From the NCBI GenBank assembly GCA_046565985.1, contig JBKHXN010000044.1:9944-73943 (forward strand): 64,000 nt of DNA. Direction: 5' to 3'. A model generated the notes under the pieces. The model was given only the letters and a program-made list of their open reading frames with translations. It searched no databases and had not been told where the DNA came from. The translations under genes were made by a program, and so were the position numbers. Positions 12,294 to 25,971 of the stretch are shown in pieces (the first letter of the stretch is position 1; the number at the start of each line of letters is the position of its first letter). This DNA is from Gammaproteobacteria bacterium. GTDB taxonomy: Bacteria > Pseudomonadota > Gammaproteobacteria > Nevskiales > Nevskiaceae.

Positions 12294-14569
<2,276 letters not shown>

Positions 14570-14598
14570 GGCTGCTCCTGGTTAGGGTCGGTGACGGA

Positions 14599-16140
14599 TC
14601 AGAGCGCGGACTGCTTGACGTAGGCTTCGAGCGCGGCCTTCATGCCGGCTTCCAGCTCGTCGTTCCAGTCGCCCTTCTCGTTGAGCTTGGCCACCAGGGC
14701 CGCGTGGCTGCTGGCCATGAACTGATGCAGGCCGGCTTCCCAGGCCTGGATCCTGTCCACCGGCACCTTGTCCAGATAACCCTTCTCGGCGGCGTACAGC
14801 GAGGACGCCATCAGGCCCACCGACAGCGGGGCATACTGCTTCTGCTTCATCAGCTCGGTCACGCGCTGGCCGCGCTCCAGCTGCTTGCGGGTGGCTTCGT
14901 CGAGATCAGACGCAAACTGGGCGAAGGCCGCCAGTTCGCGATACTGCGCCAGCGCAATGCGGATGCCGCCGGAGAGCTTCTTGATCACCTTGGTCTGGGC
15001 CGCGCCACCCACACGCGAGACCGAGATGCCGGCGTTGACCGCCGGGCGAATGCCGGCATTGAACAGGTCGGTTTCCAGGAAGATCTGGCCGTCGGTGATG
15101 GAGATGACGTTGGTCGGCACGAAGGCGGAGACGTCACCGGCCTGGGTTTCGATGATCGGCAGCGCGGTCAGCGAGCCGGTCTTGCCCTTGACCTTGCCGT
15201 TGGTGATCTTTTCCACGTAGTCGGCGTTGACGCGCGCGGCACGCTCCAGCAGGCGGGAGTGGAGATAGAACACGTCGCCCGGATAGGCTTCGCGGCCCGG
15301 CGGACGCTTGAGCAGCAGCGACACCTGGCGGTAGGCCACGGCCTGCTTGGAGAGATCGTCGTAGATGATCAGCGCGTCTTCGCCCTTGTCGCGGAAGTAC
15401 TCGCCCATCGAGCAGCCGGAATACGGCGCGATGAACTGCAGCGCGGCGGACTCCGAAGCGCTGGCGGCGACCACGATGGTGTGGGCGAGCGCGCCGTGCT
15501 CTTCGAGCTTGCGGACCACGTTGGCGATCGAGCTGGCCTTCTGGCCGATGGCAACGTACACGCACTTAATGCCGCTGCCCTTCTGGTTGATGATGGCGTC
15601 GATGGCGAGCGCCGTCTTGCCGGTCTGGCGGTCGCCGATGATCAGTTCGCGCTGGCCGCGGCCGATCGGGATCATCGAGTCCACCGACTTGTAGCCGGTC
15701 TGCACCGGCTGGTCCACGGACTTGCGCGCGATCACGCCGGGCGCCACTTTCTCGATCGGCGAGAAGCCGGTGGCCTTGATCTCACCCTTGCCGTCGATCG
15801 GCTGACCCAGCGCGTTGACCACGCGGCCCAGCAGCGCCTCGCCCACCGGCACTTCGAGGATGCGGCCCGTGGTTTTCACGGTGTCGCCTTCCGCCAGGTG
15901 CTTGTAGTCGCCGAGAATCACCGCGCCGACGGAGTCGCGCTCGAGGTTCAGGGCCAGGCCGTAGGTCTGGCCGGGGAACTCGAGCATTTCACCCTGCAGT
16001 GCGTCCGACAGGCCGTGGATGCGGACGATGCCGTCCTGCAGCGACACGATGGTGCCGGTATTGCGCGCTTCGGTGACGCTTTCGAAATTCTTGATGCGGC
16101 TCTTGATGAGGTCGCTGATTTCCGAAGGGTTGAGTTGCAT
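14599..16140 (-). CDS. atpA: ATP synthase F1 alpha subunit
   Basis: GDRQTGKT and [23 protein letters not shown]. Confidence 0.99.
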   Translation of the reverse strand: MQLNPSEISDLIKSRIKNFESVTEARNTGTIVSLQDGIVRIHGLSDALQGEMLEFPGQTYGLALNLERDSVGAVILGDYKHLAEGDTVKTTGRILEVPVGEALLGRVVNALGQPIDGKGEIKATGFSPIEKVAPGVIARKSVDQPVQTGYKSVDSMIPIGRGQRELIIGDRQTGKTALAIDAIINQKGSGIKCVYVAIGQKASSIANVVRKLEEHGALAHTIVVAASASESAALQFIAPYSGCSMGEYFRDKGEDALIIYDDLSKQAVAYRQVSLLLKRPPGREAYPGDVFYLHSRLLERAARVNADYVEKITNGKVKGKTGSLTALPIIETQAGDVSAFVPTNVISITDGQIFLETDLFNAGIRPAVNAGISVSRVGGAAQTKVIKKLSGGIRIALAQYRELAAFAQFASDLDEATRKQLERGQRVTELMKQKQYAPLSVGLMASSLYAAEKGYLDKVPVDRIQAWEAGLHQFMASSHAALVAKLNEKGDWNDELEAGMKAALEAYVKQSAL

Positions 16141-16173
16141 GTGAACCGTTCCTTAAAAATGTCTTCTGGCGAC

Positions 16174-16710
16174 TTAGCGCGCCAGTGCCGCCTGCAGGCG
16201 TTCGAGCTCGCCACGCACGGAGCCGTCGATCACCAGGTCGTCGGCGCGGATCACCGCGCCACCCAGGATCGCCGGGTCTGCTTTCCAGCTGATTTCCACT
16301 TCCCGCTGCAACCGGCCGGCAATCGCCTGCGCCAGCAGCTTCTGCTGCGCGGCGGGCACTTCGACCGCCGCGGTGATTTCCACGTTGATACGCCGCTCGG
16401 CCTCGGCACGCAGCTGCTCGAACTGCTCGGCGAGTGCACCCGCCGCCTGCAGCCGCCGGTTTTCCACCAGCGTGCGCACCAGGTTGGCGCCCTCGGCGCT
16501 GAGGGCGGAACCCAGCCCCTCGATCAGCGCCCCGGACAATGCGTTGCGCGTGAGCGCCGGGTGCGTGATCAGCGTCGCCACCTCGGGCTGCGCCACGACG
16601 CCGGCGATCAGCCCGAGCTGAGCCGACCATTCCTTGAACTGGCCCGCATCACGGGCAAGCTCGAAGACTGCCTTGGCGTAGGGTCTCGCAAGTTGGTGAT
16701 GACTGGCCAT
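16174..16710 (-). CDS. atpH: ATP synthase F1 delta subunit
   Basis: ARPYAKAVF, ILGGAVIRADDLVIDGSVR and operon position. Confidence 0.97.
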   Translation of the reverse strand: MASHHQLARPYAKAVFELARDAGQFKEWSAQLGLIAGVVAQPEVATLITHPALTRNALSGALIEGLGSALSAEGANLVRTLVENRRLQAAGALAEQFEQLRAEAERRINVEITAAVEVPAAQQKLLAQAIAGRLQREVEISWKADPAILGGAVIRADDLVIDGSVRGELERLQAALAR

Positions 16711-16718
16711 GCCGGCGC

Positions 16719-17192
16719 TCAGACCTTGCCGGCCAGGCCGGTGAGGATTTCCGCATGGGCCTTGGCGTCGATCTCACGCTTGAGGATCTGCTCGGCGCCC
16801 GCAACCGCCAGCTGGGCCACCTGCTGGCGCAGCGCGTCCCGCGCCTTGGCGATCTGGCGCTCGAGCTCGGCCTGCGCGTTGCCGACGATGCGCTCGCCTT
16901 CGGCGGTGGCATCGGCGCGGGCCTTCTCGACCATCTGCGTCGCCTGCTTGTTGGCGGCCGTCAGGATCTCCTGCGCCTGCGCGCGGGCCGCCTGCAGTTC
17001 TTCCTCGGACTTGGAGGAGGCCTGCTGCAGGGCCGTCGCCGCCTTTTCCGCGGCGGCGAGACCGTCGGCAATCTTCGCCTGACGCTCCTGCATCGCCTTG
17101 GTGATGGGCGGCCATACGAATTTCATCGTGAACCAGATGAAGATCGCGAAGACGATCATCTGGCCGACGATGGAGGGGATGCTAGCCTGCAT
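16719..17192 (-). CDS. atpF: ATP synthase Fo b subunit
   Basis: N-terminal TM ([12 protein letters not shown]) followed by a coiled coil. Confidence 0.97.
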   Translation of the reverse strand: MQASIPSIVGQMIVFAIFIWFTMKFVWPPITKAMQERQAKIADGLAAAEKAATALQQASSKSEEELQAARAQAQEILTAANKQATQMVEKARADATAEGERIVGNAQAELERQIAKARDALRQQVAQLAVAGAEQILKREIDAKAHAEILTGLAGKV

Positions 17193-17238
17193 CGCTACGC
17201 TCCGTTATGCCTGTGAGACAAGTGCTGATCAAGCCGGA

Positions 17239-17517
<279 letters not shown>

Positions 17518-17566
17518 TTACGTCGTGAGGATGAAAAAGAATTCGAAATGAAAATCCGCGGGTGCT

Positions 17567-18349
<783 letters not shown>

Positions 18350-18697
18350 TTAGCTTTTCCAGAGCAAAGCAAACCAGTAAACCGTGAGTGTCCCGGCAAA
18401 TGTCGTCGCCAAGGGCACGAAGTTATCCGCGAACAACCAGACCGCCAGACCGAAGAGCACCACTGCCAGCGCCCACTTGCGCGCCTCGGCCCGATAAAAA
18501 TTCATGACCACCGCTTCCGGATCAGAACTGGCCGTTCCGAAAACCTTCAACGCTGCGTAGAACGTCAGCGTGGCACTGATGAGCCCCCCGCAGAACCCGG
18601 AGGCCGCGGAGCCCAGGCCCTCGGCAAACCCCCAGATCGCGGCGGCTATAACCGCCAGAAGCAGCTGATACAGCGCAATCCGCAGTGCAATTTTCAT
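18350..18697 (-). CDS. atpI: ATP synthase protein I
   Basis: Small four-TM protein at the head of the atp operon; FYRAEARKW. Confidence 0.88.
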   Translation of the reverse strand: MKIALRIALYQLLLAVIAAAIWGFAEGLGSAASGFCGGLISATLTFYAALKVFGTASSDPEAVVMNFYRAEARKWALAVVLFGLAVWLFADNFVPLATTFAGTLTVYWFALLWKS

Positions 18698-18742
18698 GCG
18701 CGTGTTGCGTGTCGGTGACGATGCGCTGCATCAAGCCCATCG

Positions 18743-18772
18743 ATTATAGCGGGTAGGCCGGACCCCGATCAA
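18743..18772 (-). promoter_or_regulatory. Candidate sigma70 promoter of the atp operon
   Basis: Minus strand TTGATC-N18-TATAAT, 45 nt upstream of atpI. Confidence 0.6.
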
Positions 18773-18813
18773 CAGCGCGGGGCCGGATCTGCCCCGCGCG
18801 GCGGAAGACGGGG

Positions 18814-19656
18814 CTAGCCCAGACGGCCCAGCAGGCGCTGCAGCTCGGCCTCGTCGCGGAAGCTGATGGTGAGGCGGCCCTGCCCGCGCGGCCCCTGCTG
18901 GAGCTTGACCGGCAGGCCGATGCGCTGGGTCAGCTGGCTGGCCAGGGGGTGAACCCGGGCGGGCGGCGTCTTGCCCCCGTCCGCGTCCGGGGCGTGAAGC
19001 AGGGCCTCGGTCTGGCGCACGGAGAGATGCTTCTGGCATACCAGGCGCGCCAGGCTGGTCTGCCGCGCGCCATTGACCCCGAGCAGGACCTTGGCGTGTC
19101 CCAGGGAGAGCTGGCGGTTGCGCACCAGTTGCTGCACGTCCGGATTGAGTTCCATCAGCCGCAGCAGGTTGGTGACCTGGGCGCGCGAGCGTCCGATCGC
19201 GCTGGCGCACTGATCGTGGGTCAGGCCGCATTCCTCGATCAGCTTGTGCAGGGCCTCGGCCTCTTCCAGCGGGTTGAGATCGGCACGCTGGATGTTTTCC
19301 ACCAGCGCCGCGGCCATGGCGCCCCGCTCGTCCAGAGCCCTGACCACGGCGGGGATGCGCTTGAGCCCCGCCAGCTTGGCGGCACGCCAGCGGCGCTCGC
19401 CGGCGACGATCTCGTAACGGCCGGCGCCGGCCTGGCGCACCACGATCGGCTGCACCACCCCCTGCGCGCGGATGGAATCGGCGAGCTGGGTCAGCGCCTC
19501 GTCGTCAAAATGGCGACGGGGCTGATGCCTGCCGGGGCCCAGCTGCTCCAGCGGCAGGTCGCGCAGCTCGTCCTCGCTGCCCTCGGCAGTCGCCGGGCTG
19601 GCGCTGCTCAGCAGGGCGTCGAGTCCACGGCCCAGTCCTCGTTTCTTGTTGCTCAT
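18814..19656 (-). CDS. parB: Chromosome partitioning protein ParB
   Basis: GLGRGLDALL and EIVAGERRWRA (ParB GxxRxxA), ENIQRADLNPLEEA and an HTH. Confidence 0.97.
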   Translation of the reverse strand: MSNKKRGLGRGLDALLSSASPATAEGSEDELRDLPLEQLGPGRHQPRRHFDDEALTQLADSIRAQGVVQPIVVRQAGAGRYEIVAGERRWRAAKLAGLKRIPAVVRALDERGAMAAALVENIQRADLNPLEEAEALHKLIEECGLTHDQCASAIGRSRAQVTNLLRLMELNPDVQQLVRNRQLSLGHAKVLLGVNGARQTSLARLVCQKHLSVRQTEALLHAPDADGGKTPPARVHPLASQLTQRIGLPVKLQQGPRGQGRLTISFRDEAELQRLLGRLG

Positions 19657-20441
19657 GCGTTCAGCCTCAACTGGCCACCGTCACGGCGGCGAAGTACCTC
19701 ACCCGCCAGCGCCAGGTAGGCCTTGGCCCCGGAGGACAGGGGGTCGTAGGCCATCACCGGCAGTCCGTGGCTCGGCGCTTCGGCCAGGCGCACGTTGCGC
19801 GGGATGATGGTGCGATACACCTTGTCGCCAAAATGCTGGACAAGCTGGGCGGAGACGTCGTTGGCCAGATTGTTGCGCGGATCGAACATGGTGCGCAGCA
19901 GCCCTTCGATCTCCAGCGCGGGGTTGATCACCCTCTTGATCTTGTTCACCGTATCCATCAGTGCGGTCAGGCCTTCCAGCGCGTAGTACTCACACTGCAT
20001 GGGGATCAGCACGCCGCTGGCCGCGACCAGGGCGTTGACGGTGAGCTTGGACAGCGCGGGCGGGCAGTCGAGGATGACGTAGTCGTACTCGGCGGCGACT
20101 TCCAGCAGGGCGCTCTTGAGGGCGAAATCACCCGCCGCGACTTCGCGCAGCTTGATCTCGGCCTCGGTCATGTCGCCGTTGGCAGGCATCAGCGAGATGC
20201 CGATCTGCGGCAGATGCTGGATGACGTCCGCTGCGTGCGCCTGCTCCAGCAGCACGTCGCGCGCGGTCTGCGTGACCTGGCTCTTGTCCACGCCCACGCC
20301 CATGGTGGCGTTGCCCTGGGCGTCGAGGTCAACCAGCAGCACGCGGCGCTTGGTCGCCCCCAGCGAGGCCGCAAGGTTGATCGAGGTGGTGGTCTTGCCC
20401 ACCCCGCCTTTCTGATTGGCAACGGCGATGACGTACGTCAT
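19653..20441 (-). CDS. parA: Chromosome partitioning ATPase ParA/Soj
   Basis: NQKGGVGKTT deviant Walker A, DCPP and EYYALEG. The ATG at 20441 overlaps the rsmG stop; the track start is over-extended. Confidence 0.97.
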   Translation of the reverse strand: MTYVIAVANQKGGVGKTTTSINLAASLGATKRRVLLVDLDAQGNATMGVGVDKSQVTQTARDVLLEQAHAADVIQHLPQIGISLMPANGDMTEAEIKLREVAAGDFALKSALLEVAAEYDYVILDCPPALSKLTVNALVAASGVLIPMQCEYYALEGLTALMDTVNKIKRVINPALEIEGLLRTMFDPRNNLANDVSAQLVQHFGDKVYRTIIPRNVRLAEAPSHGLPVMAYDPLSSGAKAYLALAGEVLRRRDGGQLRLNA

Positions 20442-21058
20442 TGTCTGAGCGTGGCGATCACGAGGTGCCGGTCCTCCTGCAGACCCGGCACGGTGAGGCG
20501 ATGCGTCTCCCTGATGGTGATGTCGGCCGGCAAGCCGGCGAGTTCCTGTGTTTCTAGTTTGCCCTTCATCGCCAGCCACTGGCCACCCGGCGCCAGCAGA
20601 TGGCGGGTGAGCCGGCAGAAATCCCCCAGCGCGGCAAAGGCCCGGCTCACGATCACGTCGTGCGGCGAGTCCGGCAGGGCTTCCACCCGTCCTTCCAGGA
20701 CCTCGACATTGCGCAGGCCCAGCTGCCGCACCGCATGCCGCATGAAGCGTGCCTTCTTGCCGTTGCTGTCGATCAGCCGCGCCTCCAGCTCCGGCCGGGC
20801 CAGTGCCAGCACCAGCCCGGGCAGTCCGGCGCCGGCGCCGACGTCCAGCAGCCGGCCGCGAACATAGGGCAAGACGGCCAGGGAATCCAGCAGATGGCGT
20901 GTCACCATCTGCTGCGGATCCCGCACGGCGGTCAGATTGTAAGCCGCATTCCAGCGCACCAGCTCGTCCAGATAGGCCAGCAGGGGCGCGGCCAGGCCGG
21001 CCGGCAGCCCCAGCTGCGCCAGCCCGCGGTCCAGCGCGGCGGCGGCCGGCCGGCTCAA
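20438..21058 (-). CDS. rsmG: 16S rRNA m7G527 methyltransferase (GidB)
   Basis: WNAAYNLTA, HLLDSL, DVGAGAGLPG and VSRAFA; TTG start. Confidence 0.96.
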   Translation of the reverse strand: MSRPAAAALDRGLAQLGLPAGLAAPLLAYLDELVRWNAAYNLTAVRDPQQMVTRHLLDSLAVLPYVRGRLLDVGAGAGLPGLVLALARPELEARLIDSNGKKARFMRHAVRQLGLRNVEVLEGRVEALPDSPHDVIVSRAFAALGDFCRLTRHLLAPGGQWLAMKGKLETQELAGLPADITIRETHRLTVPGLQEDRHLVIATLRQ

Positions 21059-21148
21059 GGGCGCGGCGCCCGCGGCTGGCGGCCGGGACGCGGTCGGTGG
21101 CGGTGGTTCACATCAGGCCCGGGTAGTCCAGCGGGCGGGCATTATAGG

Positions 21149-22645
21149 TCAGCGCTTGCGCAGGGAACCGAGCAGCCCGCGCAGCAGCTGGCGGCCCACT
21201 TCGCGGCCGAGCGTGGACCCGACGCTGCGCACCGCCGATTTCATCGCCGCCTCGCCGAGGGTCTGGCGCGCCGCGGGGCGGCTGCGGGCGCGCTGGGGGC
21301 TGCCCAGGTCGGCGTCCACCTGATCGCGCCAGCTGCCCGCCGGCGGGCCGGCGGCCGGGGCCGTCTGGGCCGCGCGCTGGGCCAGCCGCTCGTAGGCCGA
21401 TTCGCGGTCCACCGCCTGTTCGTAACGCCCCGCCACCGGGCTGCGGGCCATGACCTGGCGGCGCTCCTCAGGGCTGAGCACGCCCATGCGGCTGCGCGGT
21501 GGACGTACCAGGGTCCTCTCCACCACGCCCGGGGCGCCGCCGGCCTGCAGGGTGGAGACCAGGGCCTCACCCACGCCCAGGGTGGTGATCGCCTCCACCA
21601 CGTTCAGGCGTGGATTGCTGCGGAAGGTTTCCGCCGCCGCGCGCACCGCCTTCTGGTCGCGCGGAGTGAACGCCCGCAGCGCGTGCTGCACCCGGTTGCC
21701 CAGCTGGCCGAGCACGGTCTCCGGCAGGTCCAGCGGATTCTGGGTGACGAAGTACACCCCCACGCCCTTGGAACGGATCAGGCGCACGACCTGCTCGACT
21801 TTTTCCACCAGCGCCCGCGGTGCATCCTGGAACAGCAGGTGGGCCTCGTCGAAGAACAGCACCAGCAGCGGCTTTTCGGCGTCGCCGCGCTCGGGCAGGC
21901 GCTCGAACAGCTCGGCCAGCAGCCAGAGCAGGAAGGTGGCGTACAGACGGGGGCGCAGGTAGAGACGGTCCGCCGCCAGGATATGGACGATGCCGCGACC
22001 GGTGAGGTCGGTACGCAGCAGCTCGCCCAGGTCCAGCGCCGGCTCGCCGAAGAACTGCTCGGCGCCATCGGCTTCCAGCTGCAGCAGCGCGCGCTGGATG
22101 GCGCCCAGCGAGGCACTGCTGACCAGGCCGTAATCCGGCCCCAGCTCGCGGGCGTGCTCCCCCACGTACTGCAGGGTGGCGCGCAGGTCCTTGAGGTCGA
22201 GCAGCAGCAGACCCTGGTCGTCGGCGTACCTGAAGACCAGGCCGAGCACGGCCTCCTGCACCTCGCTCAGCTGCAGGAGGCGGCCCAGCAGCAGCGGGCC
22301 CAGATCGGAGAGGGTGGCGCGGACCGGGTGGCCGCTGACCCCGAAGACATCCCAGAACACCGTCGGGAAGCCCTGCGGCAAGTACGGGTGCAGGCCCACC
22401 TGCGCGGCGCGCTCGGCGAGCTTGGGCTTGAGCTCCCCGGGCTGGCTGATGCCGGCCAGGTCGCCCTTGACGTCCACCGCGAACACCGGCACGCCGAGGT
22501 CCGAGAATCCCTCCGCCAGGATCTGCAGGGTGATGGTCTTGCCGGTGCCCGTGGCGCCCGCCACCAGTCCGTGACGGTTGGCATAGGCGGCGAGCAGATG
22601 CTGGGGGCTGTCTTCGCCCTTGCCGATCAGCAGGGTCTGGGTCAT
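21149..22645 (-). CDS. DUF853 / YjgR-like HerA-FtsK superfamily ATPase
   Basis: [38 protein letters not shown] and [13 protein letters not shown]. Confidence 0.9.
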   Translation of the reverse strand: MTQTLLIGKGEDSPQHLLAAYANRHGLVAGATGTGKTITLQILAEGFSDLGVPVFAVDVKGDLAGISQPGELKPKLAERAAQVGLHPYLPQGFPTVFWDVFGVSGHPVRATLSDLGPLLLGRLLQLSEVQEAVLGLVFRYADDQGLLLLDLKDLRATLQYVGEHARELGPDYGLVSSASLGAIQRALLQLEADGAEQFFGEPALDLGELLRTDLTGRGIVHILAADRLYLRPRLYATFLLWLLAELFERLPERGDAEKPLLVLFFDEAHLLFQDAPRALVEKVEQVVRLIRSKGVGVYFVTQNPLDLPETVLGQLGNRVQHALRAFTPRDQKAVRAAAETFRSNPRLNVVEAITTLGVGEALVSTLQAGGAPGVVERTLVRPPRSRMGVLSPEERRQVMARSPVAGRYEQAVDRESAYERLAQRAAQTAPAAGPPAGSWRDQVDADLGSPQRARSRPAARQTLGEAAMKSAVRSVGSTLGREVGRQLLRGLLGSLRKR

Positions 22646-22685
22646 GAGGTCTGGGCTTGCGGGAGTGTGAGCGCCAAGATGACGC

Positions 22686-22713
22686 AAAAAAAATGGGCCG
22701 GCAATGCCGGCCC
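22686..22713 (-). terminator. Rho-independent terminator of tetR-fadE
   Basis: Minus strand GGGCCGGC-att-GCCGGCCC-A-TTTTTTTT. Confidence 0.8.
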
Positions 22714-22734
22714 GGAAACGCGACTCGGGCAGCT

Positions 22735-25212
22735 TCAGGCGACGCGGGCGCGCGCCTCGGCCAGGTCCACCACTTCCGCGCGGCCGGCCGTGTAGTCGCC
22801 GGCGATGTATTCGGGGCGGAAGTCGTCGGTCAGGATCACGTCGAAGCGGATGCGGTCGTACTCCTCGGCCTGCGCGGCTTCCTGGGGCGTCAGCAGGTTG
22901 CGGCTCACCGCATCCTTGAGCCTGTCGGCCACGCTGTCGCCGGCCAGCTCGCCCCTGGCGGCCAGGCGGTAAAACTTGGCGTAGGCCTCCTCGCAGCGCT
23001 GCGAGACTTCCCAGGCGTGCTCCATCCTGCCTACCGCTTCCTGCGGCCCGCCGTTGGCGAACACCAGCGCGGTGATGCGCTCGCGCACGTCGGAGGGTTC
23101 GAGAATCAGATCGGCGACGCGGGCATTGAGTCTGTCGCTCACCGGGCGCCAGCGGTTGCCCAGCGGGAACACCACGGCGCGCATCACCCCGCGCGCCCAG
23201 CCGACCGGGAAGTTGCGGATGAATTCTTCGAACGCGCGGGCGGTCTCGTACAGGCAGTGGTCCAGCGCCCAGCGGGCGTGGGCCAGCTCGGCCTCGCTGC
23301 GCGAGCCTTCCAGGTAGTACTTGGCCACGGCCGAGGCGATGTAGAGCTGCGACAGCACATCGCCCAGGCGGGCCGACAGGCGTTCCTTGAACTTGAGCTG
23401 GCCGCCCAGCACGCCCATGGTCAGGTCGGAGACAAACGCCAGACTGGCGGAGAAGCGCTCCAGATGACGGAAGTAAGGCGCCATCTCGCCGCTTACCGGC
23501 GAGCGCGCCAGGCGCGCGCCGCTGAGCGCCAGGGTGAACGAACGCACGGCACGGTTGATGGAGAAGCCGATATGCCCGAACAGCAGCCTGTCGAATGCCG
23601 GCAGATCATCCTCGCGCGCCGCTTCCATTTCCGGGAAGACGTATTCGTGGCAGCGGATCGCCCCCTGCCCGAAGATCATCAGATTACGGGTGAGGATGTT
23701 GGCGCCTTCCACGGTGATCGCCACCGGGGTGGCCTTGTAGCCGGTGGCCATGAAGTTGCGCGGCCCCTGCTGGATGGCGCGGCCGGCCATCACGTCCATG
23801 CCGTCGATGACGATCTTCCGCATCAGCTCGGTCATGTGGTACTTGGCCATGGCGGTGACCACGCTGGGGGCACAGTGATCCACCGCCGAAGCGGTGAGCA
23901 CGCGCATGGCTTCCAGCGTGTAGGCGTAGCCGCCGATCCGGCCGGTGGCCTCCTGCACGCCCTCGAACCTGCCGATCGCCACCTTGAACTGGCGGCGCAT
24001 GCGGCAGTACACGCCGGTCATGCGGTAGGCCACCTGCCCTGCCGCGGCGGCCAGCGCCGGCAACGAGATGCCGCGGCCGGCGGACAGGCATTCCACCAGC
24101 ATGCGCCAGCCCTTGCCGGCCATGGCCGGGCCGCCGATGATCCAGTCCACCGGGATGAAGACGTCGCGGCCGAAAATGGTGCCGTTATGGAAGGCAGCGC
24201 CCGGATAATGACGGCGGCCGATCTCCACGCCCGGATGGCCGGCCGGGATCAGCGCGCAGGTAATGCCGTAATCGCTCTTGCTGCGGTCGCCGAGCAGGCC
24301 GTCCGGGTCGCGCAGCTTGAAGGCCAGTCCCACCACCGTGGCCACCGGCGCCAGGGTGATGTAGCGCTTGGAGAAGTTCAGGCGGATGCCGAGCACCTTC
24401 TTGCCCTCATGCTCGCCGTAGCAGACCACCCCGTTGTCGGGCATGGCGGTGGCGTCGGAGCCAACCTCGGGGCCGGTCAGGCCGAAGCAGGGCAGCTCCT
24501 TGCCGGAGACCAGCCCGGGCAGCCACTGCTTTTTCTGCGCGTCGGTGCCGTAGTGCATGAGCAGCTCGCCCGGGCCCAGCGAGTTGGGCACCATCACCGT
24601 CACCGCCATGGCGATGGACTTGGTGGCGAGCTTGGTCACCACCGCCGACTGGGCGACGGCCGAGAACCCCAGGCCACCGTATTCCTTCTTGATGAGCATG
24701 GCGAGAAAGCCCTTCTCGCGGATGTACTGCCAGACTTCCGGCGGCAGATCGCGGTCCTCGAACTCGATCTTCCAGTCATCGGCGAGCTTGCACAGCTCCT
24801 CGCATTCGTGGTCAAGAAAGCGCTGTTCCTCGGGCGTGAGGCGGGTGTACTGGAAGTCCAGCAGCTTCGACCAGTCGGGCCGGCCGCGGAACATCTCGGC
24901 CTCCCACCACACGTCGCCGGCTTCCAGCGCCTCGCGCTCGGTGGAGGACATTTCGGGCAATACTTTCTTGAACCCGGCGAAGATCGGCCGCGTCAGCACC
25001 GCACGCCGCAGCGGGCGCAGGTTGAGCAGCAGGGCCAGCGGCAGGAACACGGCCGCGGCGATCAGCGTGCCGGCGCTGCCGAGCCAGCCGGCCGCAGACA
25101 GTGCCGCCAGGACCAGGCCCACCACGCCGGTCCAGACGATCAGGGGGGCGCCGACGAAGGCCAGCGTCCAGGCTGCCGCCAGGGCGAGCAGCAACAGGCT
25201 GAGGGTCAGCAT
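22735..25212 (-). CDS. fadE: Membrane-anchored acyl-CoA dehydrogenase (FadE type)
   Basis: N-terminal TMs, [35 protein letters not shown] and a DUF1974-like C-terminus; 825 aa. Confidence 0.93.
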   Translation of the reverse strand: MLTLSLLLLALAAAWTLAFVGAPLIVWTGVVGLVLAALSAAGWLGSAGTLIAAAVFLPLALLLNLRPLRRAVLTRPIFAGFKKVLPEMSSTEREALEAGDVWWEAEMFRGRPDWSKLLDFQYTRLTPEEQRFLDHECEELCKLADDWKIEFEDRDLPPEVWQYIREKGFLAMLIKKEYGGLGFSAVAQSAVVTKLATKSIAMAVTVMVPNSLGPGELLMHYGTDAQKKQWLPGLVSGKELPCFGLTGPEVGSDATAMPDNGVVCYGEHEGKKVLGIRLNFSKRYITLAPVATVVGLAFKLRDPDGLLGDRSKSDYGITCALIPAGHPGVEIGRRHYPGAAFHNGTIFGRDVFIPVDWIIGGPAMAGKGWRMLVECLSAGRGISLPALAAAAGQVAYRMTGVYCRMRRQFKVAIGRFEGVQEATGRIGGYAYTLEAMRVLTASAVDHCAPSVVTAMAKYHMTELMRKIVIDGMDVMAGRAIQQGPRNFMATGYKATPVAITVEGANILTRNLMIFGQGAIRCHEYVFPEMEAAREDDLPAFDRLLFGHIGFSINRAVRSFTLALSGARLARSPVSGEMAPYFRHLERFSASLAFVSDLTMGVLGGQLKFKERLSARLGDVLSQLYIASAVAKYYLEGSRSEAELAHARWALDHCLYETARAFEEFIRNFPVGWARGVMRAVVFPLGNRWRPVSDRLNARVADLILEPSDVRERITALVFANGGPQEAVGRMEHAWEVSQRCEEAYAKFYRLAARGELAGDSVADRLKDAVSRNLLTPQEAAQAEEYDRIRFDVILTDDFRPEYIAGDYTAGRAEVVDLAEARARVA

Positions 25213-25895
25213 GAGACGTTCTCCGGTGAGTCGGGGGGCTCCGCCGCGCGGTGCAGGGGCACCACGTGCGGATGGGGGTCTGCGCCGGGCGCCGCGCTCC
25301 CGCGCGGGATCAGCGTCTTGATCATGAGCTTGAGGTAATCGTTGAACTGCGCGCCCTTGGGCATGGCGTCCGGCGTGTCGCGGCGGATCTGCAGGTTGCC
25401 CATGAAGGTGGCGTAGGCAAACCGCGCCCAGTGCTGGGCCTGGGCCTCCTCGAAGCCCAGGGCGCGATAGCAGCTCTGCAGGTACTGCATGCGCCGCTCG
25501 GAAACCCGCGAGACGCAGGCAGCGATCAGGGGGTGATCCTCGGCGGCGGCGATGGCCAGGTACAGCCGCCCGGCGCGGTAGCTGGCGTTGGCCGACTTGA
25601 ACAGCTTGACGATGCGCTCGTAGGGATCGGGTTCGGGGCCGACCCGGGCGAGGATGTCATCGGTCTCGGCTTTCTCCCAGCGGGCCAGGGCGGCGCGCAG
25701 CAGCGCCTCGCGGTTGGGGAAGTGCCAGTAGAAACTGCCCTTGGTCACGCCCAGGCGGCGCGCCAGCGGCTCCACGGCCAGCGCGTCCAGCCCGCCGGCG
25801 GCGATCGCCTCCAGGGCGGCGTCGGCCCAGTCGTCGGCGCTGAGGCTGTGCCGGGACTCGGTCGCAGGAGCGGAAGTGGGGCGGGCGTCCGGCAT
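25206..25895 (-). CDS. TetR/AcrR family transcriptional regulator
   Basis: HTH AVEPLARRLGVTKGSFYWHFPNRE; overlaps the fadE start by 7 nt. Confidence 0.93.
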   Translation of the reverse strand: MPDARPTSAPATESRHSLSADDWADAALEAIAAGGLDALAVEPLARRLGVTKGSFYWHFPNREALLRAALARWEKAETDDILARVGPEPDPYERIVKLFKSANASYRAGRLYLAIAAAEDHPLIAACVSRVSERRMQYLQSCYRALGFEEAQAQHWARFAYATFMGNLQIRRDTPDAMPKGAQFNDYLKLMIKTLIPRGSAAPGADPHPHVVPLHRAAEPPDSPENVSC

Positions 25896-25899
25896 GATC

Positions 25900-25947
25900 C
25901 ATACGGTTGCGTATTGGGCTCAGGATTGAACCATACGCAACCGTATG
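25900..25947. promoter_or_regulatory. Pair of inverted palindromic operators (ATACG-N4-CGTAT), probably TetR autoregulatory sites
   Basis: ATACGGTTGCGTAT (25901-25914) and its exact reverse complement ATACGCAACCGTAT (25933-25946), directly upstream of tetR. Confidence 0.7.
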
Positions 25948-25971
25948 TTGCAAGACAGCAGACCGCCGCCC

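Noticed and set aside
14704-17082. Long antisense ORFs (for example 14704-17082, 9231-11870, 22657-25338, 25945-28161, 32082-34370)
   Set aside because: They are shadow frames opposite well-conserved genes, expected in GC-rich DNA, and carry no recognisable motifs.
18814-20441. parAB as evidence of a plasmid, and a search for parS
   Set aside because: The rsmG-parA-parB-atp order is the standard chromosomal one. I saw no TGTTTCACGTGAAACA-like site by eye, though the search was not exhaustive.
21059-21112. Short ORF (VNHRHRPRPGRQPRAPRP) overlapping the rsmG start as an mnmG remnant
   Set aside because: It does not resemble the MnmG C-terminus, has no RBS, and is probably chance.
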